From Naegleria gruberi (Eukaryota): a stretch of 64,000 nt of DNA. This document shows, piece after piece, positions 11,661-23,686 of the stretch. Where the stretch lies: the NCBI GenBank assembly GCA_000004985.1, contig GG738901.1; one strand, given 5' to 3'. The position numbers were made by a program, and so were the translations under genes. The stretch's first letter is position 1, and every line of letters starts with the position of its first letter. The notes beneath the pieces were generated by a model. It worked only from the letters and a program-made list of their open reading frames with translations. It made no database searches and had not been told where the DNA came from.

Positions 11661-12347
11661 TTAATGTTTCTTTGAAAGACTTTCACTTCGCTTTCTTGTT
11701 AATTGACGAACCATTTCTTGACTACGTTCATATTCATCCTTATTTTTCAAATCTTTTCTAGATTGTTGGAAGTGATATAATCTATTTCTATAATAACTTA
11801 ATGCTTTTTCCAACATTTTCATATCACATTGTAAAAATTCAAAATATTGTTCATCATTTCTAAAAATTTCATGAGAGGAAATGAAATCCAATAGATTTGT
11901 TAATTTTTCAGTTCTATCATCAATAACTTCCTTTGCAAATTTGTTAGTCCAGAACCATGGCTGTTTTGGTAGGAAGGAATGTAATTGTTCACAATCAGAG
12001 GCTTTATCAGCATACTTTTCAGCAAGATGATTTACCAATTTAACAAATTCAGAAAATCTTCTAAATACATAATGTGTTTGAGAATCATTTTCATTGGTAG
12101 CCTTAATTTCATAGACGGTAAATCTATTATCATGAATTAGACTTTGATGTTCAGGATCTTCTTGTCTAGTTTCAGTTCCGATGATAGATGTTTTAAATTT
12201 TGGTAAATTAATTGGATTTTCATCAAATGGTTGAACGGAATTATTCATATCATTCAGAGGAACATCAATTGATGTTTCCTCTTGTACAACTCTACCCAAT
12301 TCAAGGTCAAAGTTTTCATTATTACCAGTAGCAACAGAGGAGGACAT
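11661..12347 (-). CDS. PX-domain protein (sorting-nexin-like), 228 aa
   Basis: It has the canonical PX motif ..YVFRRFSEFVKL.. (RR[FY]S[DE]F) followed by a proline stretch LPKQPWF. The C-terminus is helical. Confidence 0.7.
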   Translation of the reverse strand: MSSSVATGNNENFDLELGRVVQEETSIDVPLNDMNNSVQPFDENPINLPKFKTSIIGTETRQEDPEHQSLIHDNRFTVYEIKATNENDSQTHYVFRRFSEFVKLVNHLAEKYADKASDCEQLHSFLPKQPWFWTNKFAKEVIDDRTEKLTNLLDFISSHEIFRNDEQYFEFLQCDMKMLEKALSYYRNRLYHFQQSRKDLKNKDEYERSQEMVRQLTRKRSESLSKKH

Positions 12348-12760
12348 TTTTATGATAATGATGGTGGTGGTTTAATTATTAATTGCTTAGGAGCAGCAAG
12401 TTGTTGGAGAGCAAAGGGCGAGAGTGATGTTGTTGATTTTTTATATGTTGTATTTTTAGGCTTGAATCAAAAAATAGACTATTTGAGGAGGAAACTATAC
12501 AAGTCAACCAATCGCACTCATAAAATATCGTTTTGCTCAGTTGACTGCAATTTTTAAGATCCTTAAATGTCCATCGTTTAAATTAATAGAGAATGGAAAA
12601 TAAACTGATGCTAGTTAAATTTTATAATGAGCGATAGATTCGCTTACAAATGCTCGAGTTCTAATTGTTGTTTCAGATATATTGTTTCTAATTCCTTCTA
12701 TCTCTCCATCTACGGAAATTACATTGACATGGAAATTGATACAAAATCTTAATGATTATT

Positions 12761-13935
12761 TTATTTACTTGAATCTAAAGGACAAACGTATTGAACAATT
12801 GACATGTCATCTGAAACTGAAATTAAGGAATCACCACTAGTGTTAAAACTCAAACCCCAAACTTGATCCTTATGTTCTTCAAAACTATGAATACATTCCA
12901 ATGTACTTGTTTCCCATATTTTAACTTGTCTATCAGCTGATCCAGATGCAAATATTTGACCTGTTGGAGAAGCAGCCAATGTCAAAACAAATGAATGATG
13001 TCCACTAAGTGATTTAACAAGTGATCCTGAATTACTATTATTATTATAAATTATTTGTAAAATTATTATGAATTATTATGAATTATGATTGTTAAATTAT
13101 TTCACTATTAAATACTATTATAATAATAACATACATATCATAAACATTAATATGCTTATCATCAGAGGCAGAAATTAATCTTTGAGAATCATTAGTAAAA
13201 ACAATACTTCTCACACTCATGGAATGTCCTTCCAAGTGATGCATTAATTTAGATGTTGAAATATCAAAAACACAAACACTTCCATCTTGTCCACCACATG
13301 CCAAATATTTACCACAATTACTCTGTCATTTGTCAATTAGAATATTAAACTATTTAAACATACATATGCAACAGACATAATAAAAGTCTTCTTTTGTGTA
13401 TCTAAAGATTGTTCCTTTTCACCTGTTTGTACATTGAAAATATTAACATTTCCTGATCTAGTACCTGTTGCTAAATGTTGAGCATCAGCACTAAATGCCA
13501 AAGTCCATGATTCAACTAAATACTATTAAATATTATAAATATACTATTAATACATACGTGGTGGAGCTTCTATAATAATTGTTGATTTACCCTTTTCAAT
13601 ATCCCACACTCTAATTACAGAGTCCATTGAACTTGTAGCAACATCTATGATGTTATTATTATGTATGATATGATAATAATATTTAATAAATAAATTGATG
13701 ATCATGATGATGATGGTGATGAAAACATACATTTCCCAGTTTGATCACTAACAATAGAAATAATTCCCAATCTATGTCCTTCCAAAGTTAAGGCTAATTC
13801 AAAATTGTCCAATCTCCAAACTTTAATTGATGAATCAACACTTCCAGTGATAATTTTATCTTGAGCACAGGTTACAGCAAAGACGGAATCACTGTGTGCT
13901 TGTTCGACACGTTCATTTCGTACACGATAGGCCAT
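12761..13935 (-). CDS. ski8: WD40 protein WDR61/Ski8 (PAF/SKI complex). Five exons, approximately 13731-13935, 13558-13644, 13364-13515, 13135-13322 and 12761-13034
   Basis: The spliced product is collinear with human WDR61 (..[25 protein letters not shown].., ..[31 protein letters not shown] at the C-terminus). The introns are GTATGT..AG of about 86, 42, 41 and 100 nt. Track ORFs 13702-13935, 13547-13732, 13092-13304 and 12761-12985 are exon fragments. Confidence 0.8.
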
Positions 13936-14018
13936 TTTTTAAATTTTTGTATTTTTAAAATTTTAACTTTATGTTCTGCCAAAGTTAAGGCTAATTCAGA
14001 AAACATGAAAGATAGAGA

Positions 14019-15109
14019 TTACCATTGATTGGCATACTTTTCTTTCAATTTACCATCCTTATCAAAGAATTTGTTTCTTCTCATAAAGAATGTCAAGAAT
14101 CTGAAAATTACTGAGAGAGGTGTTAAGAATGCATAGAATGAATCAGTGCCTTGAGTTTTAACAACCTTTCCAATTAAATATTTGGCTACTACATCTCTAT
14201 CTTCTGCCAAAATATTGAAAATATTCTTAACTTTGCTATTCATTGTATCAGTGCACAACATTGATGTGATCACCATTCCAGGAGAAACTCTGTGAACACC
14301 AACTTTAGAATCAGCAGTTTCACCAACAAGTGAGCTGACAAATTGTCTATAACTTGCCTTACTCATACCATAAATTGATAATTCAGGTGATGTTCTACCA
14401 TCTGATCCCAATCCTTCCATTAAATAGACATGTCCACCTTCTTTTTGAGAATCCAATAATTGAATTGCAGCTTGTGTTGCATAAACTGTTCCATGAGTAT
14501 TGACATTTAAAATTCCATCAATTTCTGATTGACTCATATCTTTTAATTTCTTTCTACAATCACCAACTCCAGCATTATTAATCCACAAATCAACTTGATT
14601 CAAATTATTCTTAATGAATGGAATTAATACTTGATGAATATCATTATAGTTGGAAATATCACAAACACAAGCAAACAAACGCGTGTTATACCAATTAGAA
14701 TCAAAGTTTGGAATTTCCTTTACAAATTGTTCCTTTGATTTTGTAATTGAATTTTCACTTGTTCCAGTATATACAATTTTATGATTTGGATAATTAATTA
14801 ATAATTCCTTGATGAGAGCAAATCCAATTCCTCTTGTTCCTCCTATTAATTTTAATTGTATTTAATAATAATATCATACATTGGTATGTTCATTTTGATT
14901 TTAAATTGATCATCCATCACAAATACATGAATATTAAAAAAATAGGCTTTCTTTTTAGTCTTACCTGTAATGACAATATTTAATTGTGATTTCTTTGATA
15001 AATCACTCTTGAGGTGGAATTTTAATTTTCTCTTGACCATCATTTTCCTAACCACATAGACAATCACAGCCAACACTGAAAGGATAATTACAAATGATTG
15101 AGTACTCAT
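14019..15109 (-). CDS. membrane-anchored short-chain dehydrogenase/reductase (SDR). Two exons, about 14964-15109 and 14019-14842
   Basis: Exon 1 reads MSTQSFVIILSVLAVIVYVV..NIVITG, followed by a GTAAGA donor. Exon 2 reads GTRGIGFALIKELL..., restoring the TGGTRGIG NAD(P)-binding motif. Downstream there are NNAG and YGMSKAS (YxxxK) motifs. Confidence 0.75.
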
Positions 15110-15251
15110 TTTTTTTAATAGTACTATTATTTAATAATTTATATTTAAATATTTTCATAATTGATTACAATGAAATGAAAAAGAGAGTTTGATAAGCTTT
15201 CTTACAATATCAGGGTGGACTATTGAAATTTGAAAATTCTACATTGAAATT

Positions 15252-16064
15252 ATGATGATAGGAGTTTCTTACGGAGTGAACAGTTTATTCCGAATCTCCA
15301 ACAGATCTTTGAAAACTATTCAAAAAAAAATGCCACAATCATCATCATTACCATCAATCCATATTCGACCATTTTTAGGCTTGTTGATCATTATTTCTAG
15401 CCTTTTATTAGTAGTTGGAGTAGTAAATTGTAAAATATCACCAATTGGACCACCAATTTCACGTCTAAAAGATTCATGGAGTACAACAACCCCTAAAAAT
15501 TCCGATTCTATTAAAGTACAAATTGATTTATATGTTGATTTGGCATGTAGTGATTCAGCAGAATGGTGGACATCAGTATTCAAATCATTGGATTCATATT
15601 ATTTTAGTAATTCATCAAGTAGTGCACCAATTAAATTAAATTTACATTTATTACCATTACCATATCATATTTCATCCTATGCAACAAGTATGAGTTATAT
15701 TGCTATTAACAAGTATACAAATTATAATTCAAAAGTATTGAAAGAATTAATTAATTCATTCTATACTAATCAATCACCTTTATATAATAATATTGTATCT
15801 GAAATGAAACAATCTGAAATGTACAAATTAATTTATACTAATAATATTCAATCTTTAAATGTTATTTCATGGAATGATTATTTAAATTTAATGCTTGATG
15901 GATCAATTGATATGAGAACTAGAACTTTATTTAAATTGTCAACTGCAAATGGTGTTTTTGCTACTCCAAGTTTTTATGTTAATGGTGTTGCTATTCAAAA
16001 TGGTGAAAATTTCACTTTTAATGATTGGGTTTCTCTTTTTAATAATGTCATTGTTAATAATTAA
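15252..16064 (+). CDS. secreted/membrane DsbA-family thioredoxin-fold protein with a CxxS motif; likely start MPQSSS at about 15330
   Basis: There is a signal/anchor segment LGLLIIISSLLLVVGVV. IDLYVDLACSDSAEWW lies where DsbA-like proteins carry CPxC. The C-terminal GVFATPSFYVNGV matches the DsbA GV.GTPtF..nG motif. Confidence 0.5.
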   Translation: MMIGVSYGVNSLFRISNRSLKTIQKKMPQSSSLPSIHIRPFLGLLIIISSLLLVVGVVNCKISPIGPPISRLKDSWSTTTPKNSDSIKVQIDLYVDLACSDSAEWWTSVFKSLDSYYFSNSSSSAPIKLNLHLLPLPYHISSYATSMSYIAINKYTNYNSKVLKELINSFYTNQSPLYNNIVSEMKQSEMYKLIYTNNIQSLNVISWNDYLNLMLDGSIDMRTRTLFKLSTANGVFATPSFYVNGVAIQNGENFTFNDWVSLFNNVIVNN

Positions 16065-16111
16065 CATTTTTGTAAAGTATATTACAATAAATTAATAATA
16101 CTTTAAAAAAA

Positions 16112-18116
16112 ATGAAAAGACAACAATTGCAGGTTACGCGGTTGAAAGAATTACTCAAATTTCAAAATGAGACCAAACATGTCTATCCACATAAATATGC
16201 TCCATCGAAGGGTTATTTAGATTGGGATCATCAACCATCTCCTTTTAGAAGTTTTATTGGAAAGGATGCAAGTGAAAAGTATTTTCTCCATTTAACAAGA
16301 GAAATGATGACGATGATACAAACTGATCACCATTCCGATCATCAAGATTATTTATTTAATGATTTTAAGGATTTTTATTTAGAACAACAACAACAACAAC
16401 AATTAAAAGAGGGAATAATTAATGATAATGATCATTCTCAACATTCAGATTCTCATCAATTCATTCAACGATGTGAATTGAATGAAAAAAGTTTGAGTCA
16501 ATTTATGTTTTATTCATCAAGTTTATCTGCTACTAAAAAGTATGGACATAATAAGTGGAGTTTGAGAGTTAATCCATCATCTGGTAATTTACATCCATGT
16601 GAAGTTTATTTAATATTAAATTCTAATATTCAAGTTGACCATTTATCTAAAAATGATTCAAATAATACTTTTAATAATAATTCTAATATTAATAATTCTA
16701 ATATTAATAATTCTAATTCTAATATTAATAATTCTAATATTAATAATTCTAATGTTAATGATGAAGGTACATTTATTTATTCATATCAACCTGAAGATCA
16801 TTCACTTCAATTGAGATGTGAATTTCCAAACTTTTCATTTTTATTTAATCAACAAAGATATTTCTTTATTTGTATAAATACTATTAATTATAGAGAAACA
16901 TGGAAATATGGAATTAGAAGTTATAGATATTCACAATTAGATACTGGTCATTTAATTAATTGTCTCAAAATGAGTTCAAATTTATTGGGATGGGATTGTT
17001 TCATGTTAAATGAACATTCTTCAATTTCAAATGAATTTATGGAATATTTATTAGGATTAGATCAATTTAAAGAATTAAATCAAAATGAATATGGAAAGGA
17101 ATTTGAAAAATTTGAAACTATTCTAGTCATTGATACAAAACCACAAATATCATTGAAAAGAGATGAATTAATTATTAATGATACAATTCAATTTAATGAA
17201 AATATGAATATTACAAATATGGAAGATTTAAAATCTGGAAAATTAAATCGTAAAAGATATGGTACACCTAATTTATTAACAAATGAACATCAAGAATGGC
17301 CACAAATGGAACCAATACCAATTTTATGTGAACAAGGAAAGAAAGATGATCAAAAAACACAACAAAACTTGGAGACAATTTACAAATTACAACCAATTAA
17401 ATATATTGAACAACCTAAAAGTAATTTATTAGCACATGATATTATTAGGACAAGAAGAAGTGCTCAAAGTTTTGATGGTAAAACTGCAATTGATAATGTC
17501 AATAATTTTTATTCAATTTTGGAGAAATTATTACCATCTAGATATCCTTCCTTATGGAGATGTTTATCTCCTTTTGATTCAGAATTTAAATCAATTGGAA
17601 AGAATGTTAATTTAATATTATTTGTACATAGAGTGAGTGGATTAGAGAGTGGAATGTATTTTCTATATAGAGGAGACTGAACCTCATTTACCATTTTATA
17701 GATTAATGGAAGGTGATTTGAAAAAGTTCTCAAAATTATCATCTTGTGTTCAAGATATTGCAAGTGATGGTTGTTTCAGTTTATCAATGATTACTGGCAG
17801 ATTTTTAAATATTGAACACACTCATTCATTTAAATATCTTTATCAAGAAGCAGGATTTATTGGACAAGTATTATATTTGGAAGCTGAGAGAATTGGATTG
17901 AGAGGAACAGGAATTGGTTGTTTCTTTGATGATACTATTTTAGGTAATTTACTTGAGAAGGAATTACCAATCGATCCAACAGACACTGACAATGAAATTT
18001 CAAATTATCAAGATTTGTATCATTTCACTATTGGAAAACCTGTAGAAGATAAGAGAATTCAAAATATTCTACCTTATTCACAATCACGTGTAAATCTAAC
18101 ACAGAAAATTCAATAA
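16112..18116 (+). CDS. nitroreductase-family (SagB-type dehydrogenase-like) protein. Two exons, about 16112-17655 and 17702-18116
   Basis: The C-terminal exon reads ..YLYQEAGFIGQVLYLEAERIGLRGTGIGCFFDDTILGNLL.., a nitroreductase fold. The two track ORFs are in different frames and are joined by a 46-nt GT..TATAG intron (GGA AT|gtattttc...ttttatag|A TTA ATG GAA). There is a poly-N/NNSNI repeat insertion at 16672-16762. Confidence 0.6.
16672..16762 (+). repeat. coding tandem repeat (about 15-18 nt unit, aataattctaatatt) encoding (NNSNI)n
   Basis: Direct reading of the sequence; it lies in frame within the nitroreductase-like ORF. Confidence 0.7.
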
Positions 18117-18265
18117 TTTTCAAAACGAACTGAACTTAATATGTATTTGACTGTGTTTTTGATATTGTATGGCTACTTCCTAAACAATCACATCATCAAC
18201 AATTTCATCATTATGTATCAACTTCTAATACTTCTGGAAATGGTCTTAGGTTATTATTGAATGAA

Positions 18266-19856
18266 TTATTTGGAGAATTCTTTAACTTTTCTTGAAATAT
18301 ATTCATTCTTAACTTGTAATCTTTGTATAATATCAGTCATATTTTGTAAACATTGAAATTCAATAAAATCAAAGAAATTAGTTTCAGGTTCTTCTCCATT
18401 CAATTTATCCAATTGTTCTCTCAATGTTGCAAGTGTTGATCTTCCATTTGGAATATTCAATTCAAGTGGTGAATTGGGTACTAGATAAGTTTCAAGAAAA
18501 TCAAAAGCTACCTTTCTTCTCTTTCTCTGTTTTTTAAAGTTTTGAATATCATTCCATGCTAAAATATCTTCCAAACAATAACTTCTCCTCGCAAAGTCAG
18601 TAATCATCATGTGCTTTCTTATCTTTCAATAATAAAAGAATGAAATTATCAACATTAGAATTGTCTTTTTGGTTTCTCATTCTATTTCTAATAGAATAGA
18701 AAACAGGTAAAATAACACAAATAATACATTCTAACCATGCATATAATACAAATAGTAGCACATAGGGTATAAAATAGTCAACTAGAGTTGTAATTGCTGG
18801 AATAGAACCAAGAATTGTATAAATTATAGCACAAACTGTTAAAATTATAACAGAAATCAATTCCTCTCTCTTAATATTAAAAGTATCTCTATCTGATAAT
18901 ATACATAATACAATAATTACAAAAACTGAAATTAAATAAAAGACAGATTGAACTCCAATTACAATTAAAATATTAGATTTGATATTACAACCATGTATTG
19001 CTTCAAAAAATCCACTTTCCATAAATACCCAAGATTGAGTAGAATCATAAACACTTAGCTCAATACCACCAAGAATTGACCATAAAATTAAATGAACAAT
19101 AAAGGCAAGAATGTAACATGTAATAATAAATTTGTTACTTGATAGAAATTCATATAATCTCAATATCATTCTATCCTTTTTAGATAGAATTTCATCAAGA
19201 TTAGTTTCTTTTCCAATAATAAATTCATTCGTTGAAAGTGTTGAGCTAGCAATAGTTTCAGTATTTGATGATCTTCTCGATACATTATTACTACTTGACA
19301 TTTCAATATTAAATATCGACTCTAATGATGTAGAATGATGCTCATGTCCAAATAATTTCTTCTTTTTCAAATTCAACAAGTAGAGAAAGTATAATCGACA
19401 TCCTCTCAAAATGGAAGGTAATGTCAATAATGGAGGATATAACATGAAAGTGATGGACAATATAAAACATGGATAATACTTTTTGCTAACAATTATTCTC
19501 AATGTGACCAACAATACAAGAATTAAATTAGAAATCATATTTGCCAACATGAGAGAGAAACTTCTTGCTTGAATGTGTTGATTTCTTCTCTCCCATAAAA
19601 CTCCAACTAAACTCACAATAAAAGTAATTAAATAAATGAACAAGATACAACTTGTCAAAATGAGAGCTATTAGAGTTTCAGGACATAGTCCATATTCAAA
19701 TGAATCATTGGATGTTACATTTTCTCTGAATAGAGATGGATTCTCTCTTGTTAGATTAATCAATAGTGGATGACAGTTGGCATTAGAAAAATTAGAGACA
19801 AGTGTGTTGATTGTTGTTGGTGATGAGAATTGTGTGAAAAATGTCATTGTGAACAA
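18266..19856 (-). CDS. 7-transmembrane protein with a C-terminal RGS domain (7TM-RGS). The frame breaks near 18600-18610, so this is either a possible pseudogene, a sequencing indel, or a tiny intron
   Basis: ORF 18597-19856 encodes at least 7 hydrophobic helices and ends ..NVDNFILLLLKDKKAHDDY*. The overlapping ORF 18266-18610 in another frame encodes an RGS box: ..DFARRSYCLEDILAWNDIQNFKK..AFDFLETYLVPNSPLELNI..FFDFIEFQCLQNMTDIIQRL. Confidence 0.55.
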
Positions 19857-20411
19857 TGTTTGATAATTTTTTTTAAAGATCCATCGAATGATTGCAAGTT
19901 GAAAGAATGTGACACCACGGTTGTTTTAAAAATCCAAAAAAGATTGCTTTCTATAAATGGATGGATTAGTTATGTACCAAAGTGCCATAACAACACCATC
20001 TCATCACATTATTACACTATTAACCTGGAATATTCTTAACAGCCCACATGATAGTTCAACACATGTTAGAGTAGATTCAAGTTCAGTTGTTGAGGGCATA
20101 TTTATCTGCCTTTTGATGTTTCAGAGAGTTCCAATTTCTGTTTAGCTCCTTCACAGCTGATAGGACCGTTACAAATGTCAAGATCGGATCAAGTTCACTA
20201 ATAGTAACAAATTGTTTCATATTTGAAATAAATTGAGCTGATACAAAATCAATACAAGTGTTAGCAATATTCAATAATATTAATTTGTTCATTCCACTCA
20301 GAAATCAAGTACCTTCATTCTCAATATCATTTTCACTAAGTCTATCAAGATGAGATATTAAGGAACAAGTCTTTAAAACGTATTTCTGAATCAATCAATA
20401 ATAATTTCAGC

Positions 20412-22472
20412 ATGGTTATTTTCGAAAAAGTTTCCCTCTTTATTTTTTTAAATATATTTAGTAAAATTGTTCATTGCTGTGTCAGGCATCACATCAAATT
20501 AAAAAAAAAAATGAATTTCCAACTTCCAGACGAAATTATTTTACTCATTCTCCAATATTCCAATTTTACAACCATTGAAAAAGTTTTAAAACATTTAAAT
20601 CATCAATTCTACAAATCAAGTCATTACTATTTTGAAAATTATTTACAAAACAGATATCATCTCTATGGATGTTATAAATTTGATTTACTCACAAAAAAGA
20701 CATGTTTAATTTATCATGATATTTTAACAGCTACAATCAAGAAGAATGTTTTTCATTATGATAATAATGATAATTCCGATAATTCTGATAATAATAGAAA
20801 TAATGATGAAATAATTGGAGATGATTATTTATCATTCGAATCAATTTTAGAGTTTTTGATGGAAAATTCTGATAGGAATCGTGATTATTCCGATCAGAAT
20901 AATTGTTTAGAATTATTGATTGATTATTATGAATTAATGGTCAAGTGGATGCCTGGTACTACTAATTTTACATTCCATTCCAATCACCTTCCGTATGATC
21001 ACTTTTTTGCTTATCCAATTGTATTTACTGGTGCTGCTGCTTCTAATAATAATAATAATAGTAATAATTATTTAGGAATGAAAATAACATGTGTTGATTT
21101 GGAAACATTTTCAAATATTAGATGGTCAATTCAGTTAAAGGATTTGAAATGGCCACTATATCAATTAAGTGGTAATAATAATAGAAGTTATCAAAATAAG
21201 AGACAATTATTTGTTACTCTAAAGGATGATCATTGTAGATATGTCATGTCAATAAGAAAAGATTTGGGAATTATTGAATTTATATATAATATTACACATG
21301 ACAGTTTATTAATTGTAAAGGAAGGGAATTCACATGTTCCACTCTATGATCAAGTGAAGGCATTGAATGAAAAACAAACTGGTAAATTAACGAGTACCAA
21401 TAGAGTATTGGATAATATAATAACAAGTAGGGATTATCTCATTATATCTTGTAGAGAGAATGAAAGTCAATCGAATAATTATTCTACATTAACTTGTATT
21501 CATTTACGAAATTTTGAAAAGAAAACAATTCTCAAATGGAATAGGATGAAGAGTAGTATTAATACTTCATTGACAGATTTGGAGAATGAATTCTCTCAGG
21601 ATCAAACCAATTGTGGTAATTTGTTACTGTTGGACATTAGATCTAATGATTCAAGAGTAACTATTGCATCCTTAAAACTTGATTCTAAATTGGAGGATAT
21701 TAACTTGGAAAATTATAGAAATAATTTCCAATATTGTGTTCCAATGATAAATGGATCTAGAAATTTACATGTCGATTTAACATGTCTTGGAAGTGAATAT
21801 TATTTAATATCAGGTGTGGATGATAAACATAAAATTAGAACTGAATTGGTAAATTTGAAAAGTGGAGAAAAGATTGAAAATTTGAAAAAGCCAACTGCAG
21901 TCTACATGGTTGAAAATTTGAATAATAATCTTGTTGGTTTGGTTTCTATTACAGAAACTCATTTAGCATTTTGTAAATTGAATATTAATGTCATTGAGGA
22001 ACCTGAATGGGAAATTCCAATTCATGAATTGACAAAATTTCCATACTATCCAAATGTACAAACCATATTGATAGAAAATTATTTAATTGTTTCCATTTAT
22101 GGATCTGCTGGATTTTACATGTTTTGTTTCAATGCTGAAAATGGTCAAATATTGTGGAAAGATATAATTATTGAAAGTACAGAAATGAATAGATTCTCTC
22201 ATTTTGATGTTTCTTGTAACATTTCAAGAAATATTTCATTGAGAACTAGAAATACAGTTGCAATATGTGGATCTTCAAAAGAACACGCCTTTTTCTTTAT
22301 TCAATATCAAGCAGAAACAGGTGAGAGACAAGGTCCAGCAATTCATCACATCAATACATGGGAAAATCACATTCAGAAAACAAAAGAATATCATCAACAA
22401 GTGATTCAATTAGGTAATTTTATTATCAATCAACTCAATAGACAGAAAAGAAAAAAGTGTTGCATCATGTAA
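20412..22472 (+). CDS. F-box-like protein with a large C-terminal region of unknown fold; probable start MNFQLPDEI at about 20512
   Basis: LPDEIILLILQYSNFTTIEKVLKHLNHQFYK resembles an F-box. The rest has no recognisable motif. It is a single long ORF. Confidence 0.45.
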   Translation: MVIFEKVSLFIFLNIFSKIVHCCVRHHIKLKKKMNFQLPDEIILLILQYSNFTTIEKVLKHLNHQFYKSSHYYFENYLQNRYHLYGCYKFDLLTKKTCLIYHDILTATIKKNVFHYDNNDNSDNSDNNRNNDEIIGDDYLSFESILEFLMENSDRNRDYSDQNNCLELLIDYYELMVKWMPGTTNFTFHSNHLPYDHFFAYPIVFTGAAASNNNNNSNNYLGMKITCVDLETFSNIRWSIQLKDLKWPLYQLSGNNNRSYQNKRQLFVTLKDDHCRYVMSIRKDLGIIEFIYNITHDSLLIVKEGNSHVPLYDQVKALNEKQTGKLTSTNRVLDNIITSRDYLIISCRENESQSNNYSTLTCIHLRNFEKKTILKWNRMKSSINTSLTDLENEFSQDQTNCGNLLLLDIRSNDSRVTIASLKLDSKLEDINLENYRNNFQYCVPMINGSRNLHVDLTCLGSEYYLISGVDDKHKIRTELVNLKSGEKIENLKKPTAVYMVENLNNNLVGLVSITETHLAFCKLNINVIEEPEWEIPIHELTKFPYYPNVQTILIENYLIVSIYGSAGFYMFCFNAENGQILWKDIIIESTEMNRFSHFDVSCNISRNISLRTRNTVAICGSSKEHAFFFIQYQAETGERQGPAIHHINTWENHIQKTKEYHQQVIQLGNFIINQLNRQKRKKCCIM

Positions 22473-22641
22473 TGAATCATGATTATTAGCTACTTGTATT
22501 TAGGTGTTTGCCATCTTCCCACCTTACAAAGTTTTTGACTGGGCCATCAATATTAATAACAATTAATTCTTTTGGACTAATCTGGCATCATTTTGATAAA
22601 TGAAATGTCAATCATCAACTATGAAATTTAAACGTTGATTA

Positions 22642-23600
22642 CTACAATATTATACAATTCCATTTTGATTGCTTTTCCTTCAAAATTATTTCCTTTGAAA
22701 GTAATTGAACTCTTATTAGAAAGTCGACTAAATCCTCAAATCCCTCTCCAGTTTTACTTGAAATCTCAATAAATGAAATTGCATTGATTTGTCTTGCTAG
22801 AGTTTCACCATCATCAAATGAAACTTTCCTCATTAAATCACCATAATATGACCTCCTCTCATTATCTCCCAAATCTGCCTTCGTTCCAACGAGAATTATT
22901 GGAATATTTGGTGAAAAATACGAAACTTCTGGAATATATCGTTTCTTTACATTTTCAAATGATTTCCAAGATGCAATCGAATAGCAAATCAAACAACAGT
23001 CAACTGGGTATTGATGTTTTCTAATTGAAACATCTCTAATACAAATTTAATTCATATTTCCAAATAAACTTACATTAAATTAATAAATGTTAATGTATTT
23101 CCACAATAATTTAAAACTCCTTTTTCAAAACCAGTTGAATTATCCAATACCTTATCTATTAGAGATGATTTTCCAACACTTTCATCTCCAAGCACTAAAA
23201 TTCTTGACTGAGTAAAATTATTAAATTCTAATTTTGAAATTTCATTTCTATATTTAAATGGAAAATAAATTCCACCACTTCTTGATCTTTTTAAATTTAC
23301 CAATTCATTCCGATAGTTTTTTGTAATCATTGGAAAAATCGTATCATTGAATGGAACCATTTTCATTGATTTTGGATTAAAAACATGATTCATTACAATT
23401 AAATTCTTAAATTCCAATAATTGATCATAAACTAATTTATAAACCTGATCATCGGAACCATATAAATAAAATTCACTATTAACACATAATAAACTATGAA
23501 TGTGATAATATTTCAGAAAGGAGCAAATCACATAAAAAATATCAATATTCATATTCTGCATTTTTTTGTAACAATGATAATCAGAAGTTGTTGTCATCAT
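22642..23600 (-). CDS. atypical Rho-family-like small GTPase with an F-box-like N-terminal extension and a degenerate switch II. Two exons, about 23070-23600 and 22642-23003
   Basis: The P-loop is LVLGDESVGKSSL. After a 66-nt GTAAGT..TTAG intron the sequence reads ..[65 protein letters not shown]. This is collinear with Rac ([34 protein letters not shown]), but DTAGQE is replaced by IDVSIRKHQ. Confidence 0.55.
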
Positions 23601-23686
23601 AAAGAGAAGAACAGATTAGAACAAATTGTTCAGAGAGGAATTTTTTACTTTTTCTGAATGATAATGATCGTCAATACTTTTTCGTC

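Noticed and set aside
17509-17763. Minus-strand 84-aa ORF
   Set aside because: It is antisense across the nitroreductase-like gene's intron and exon junction. It is a chance ORF.
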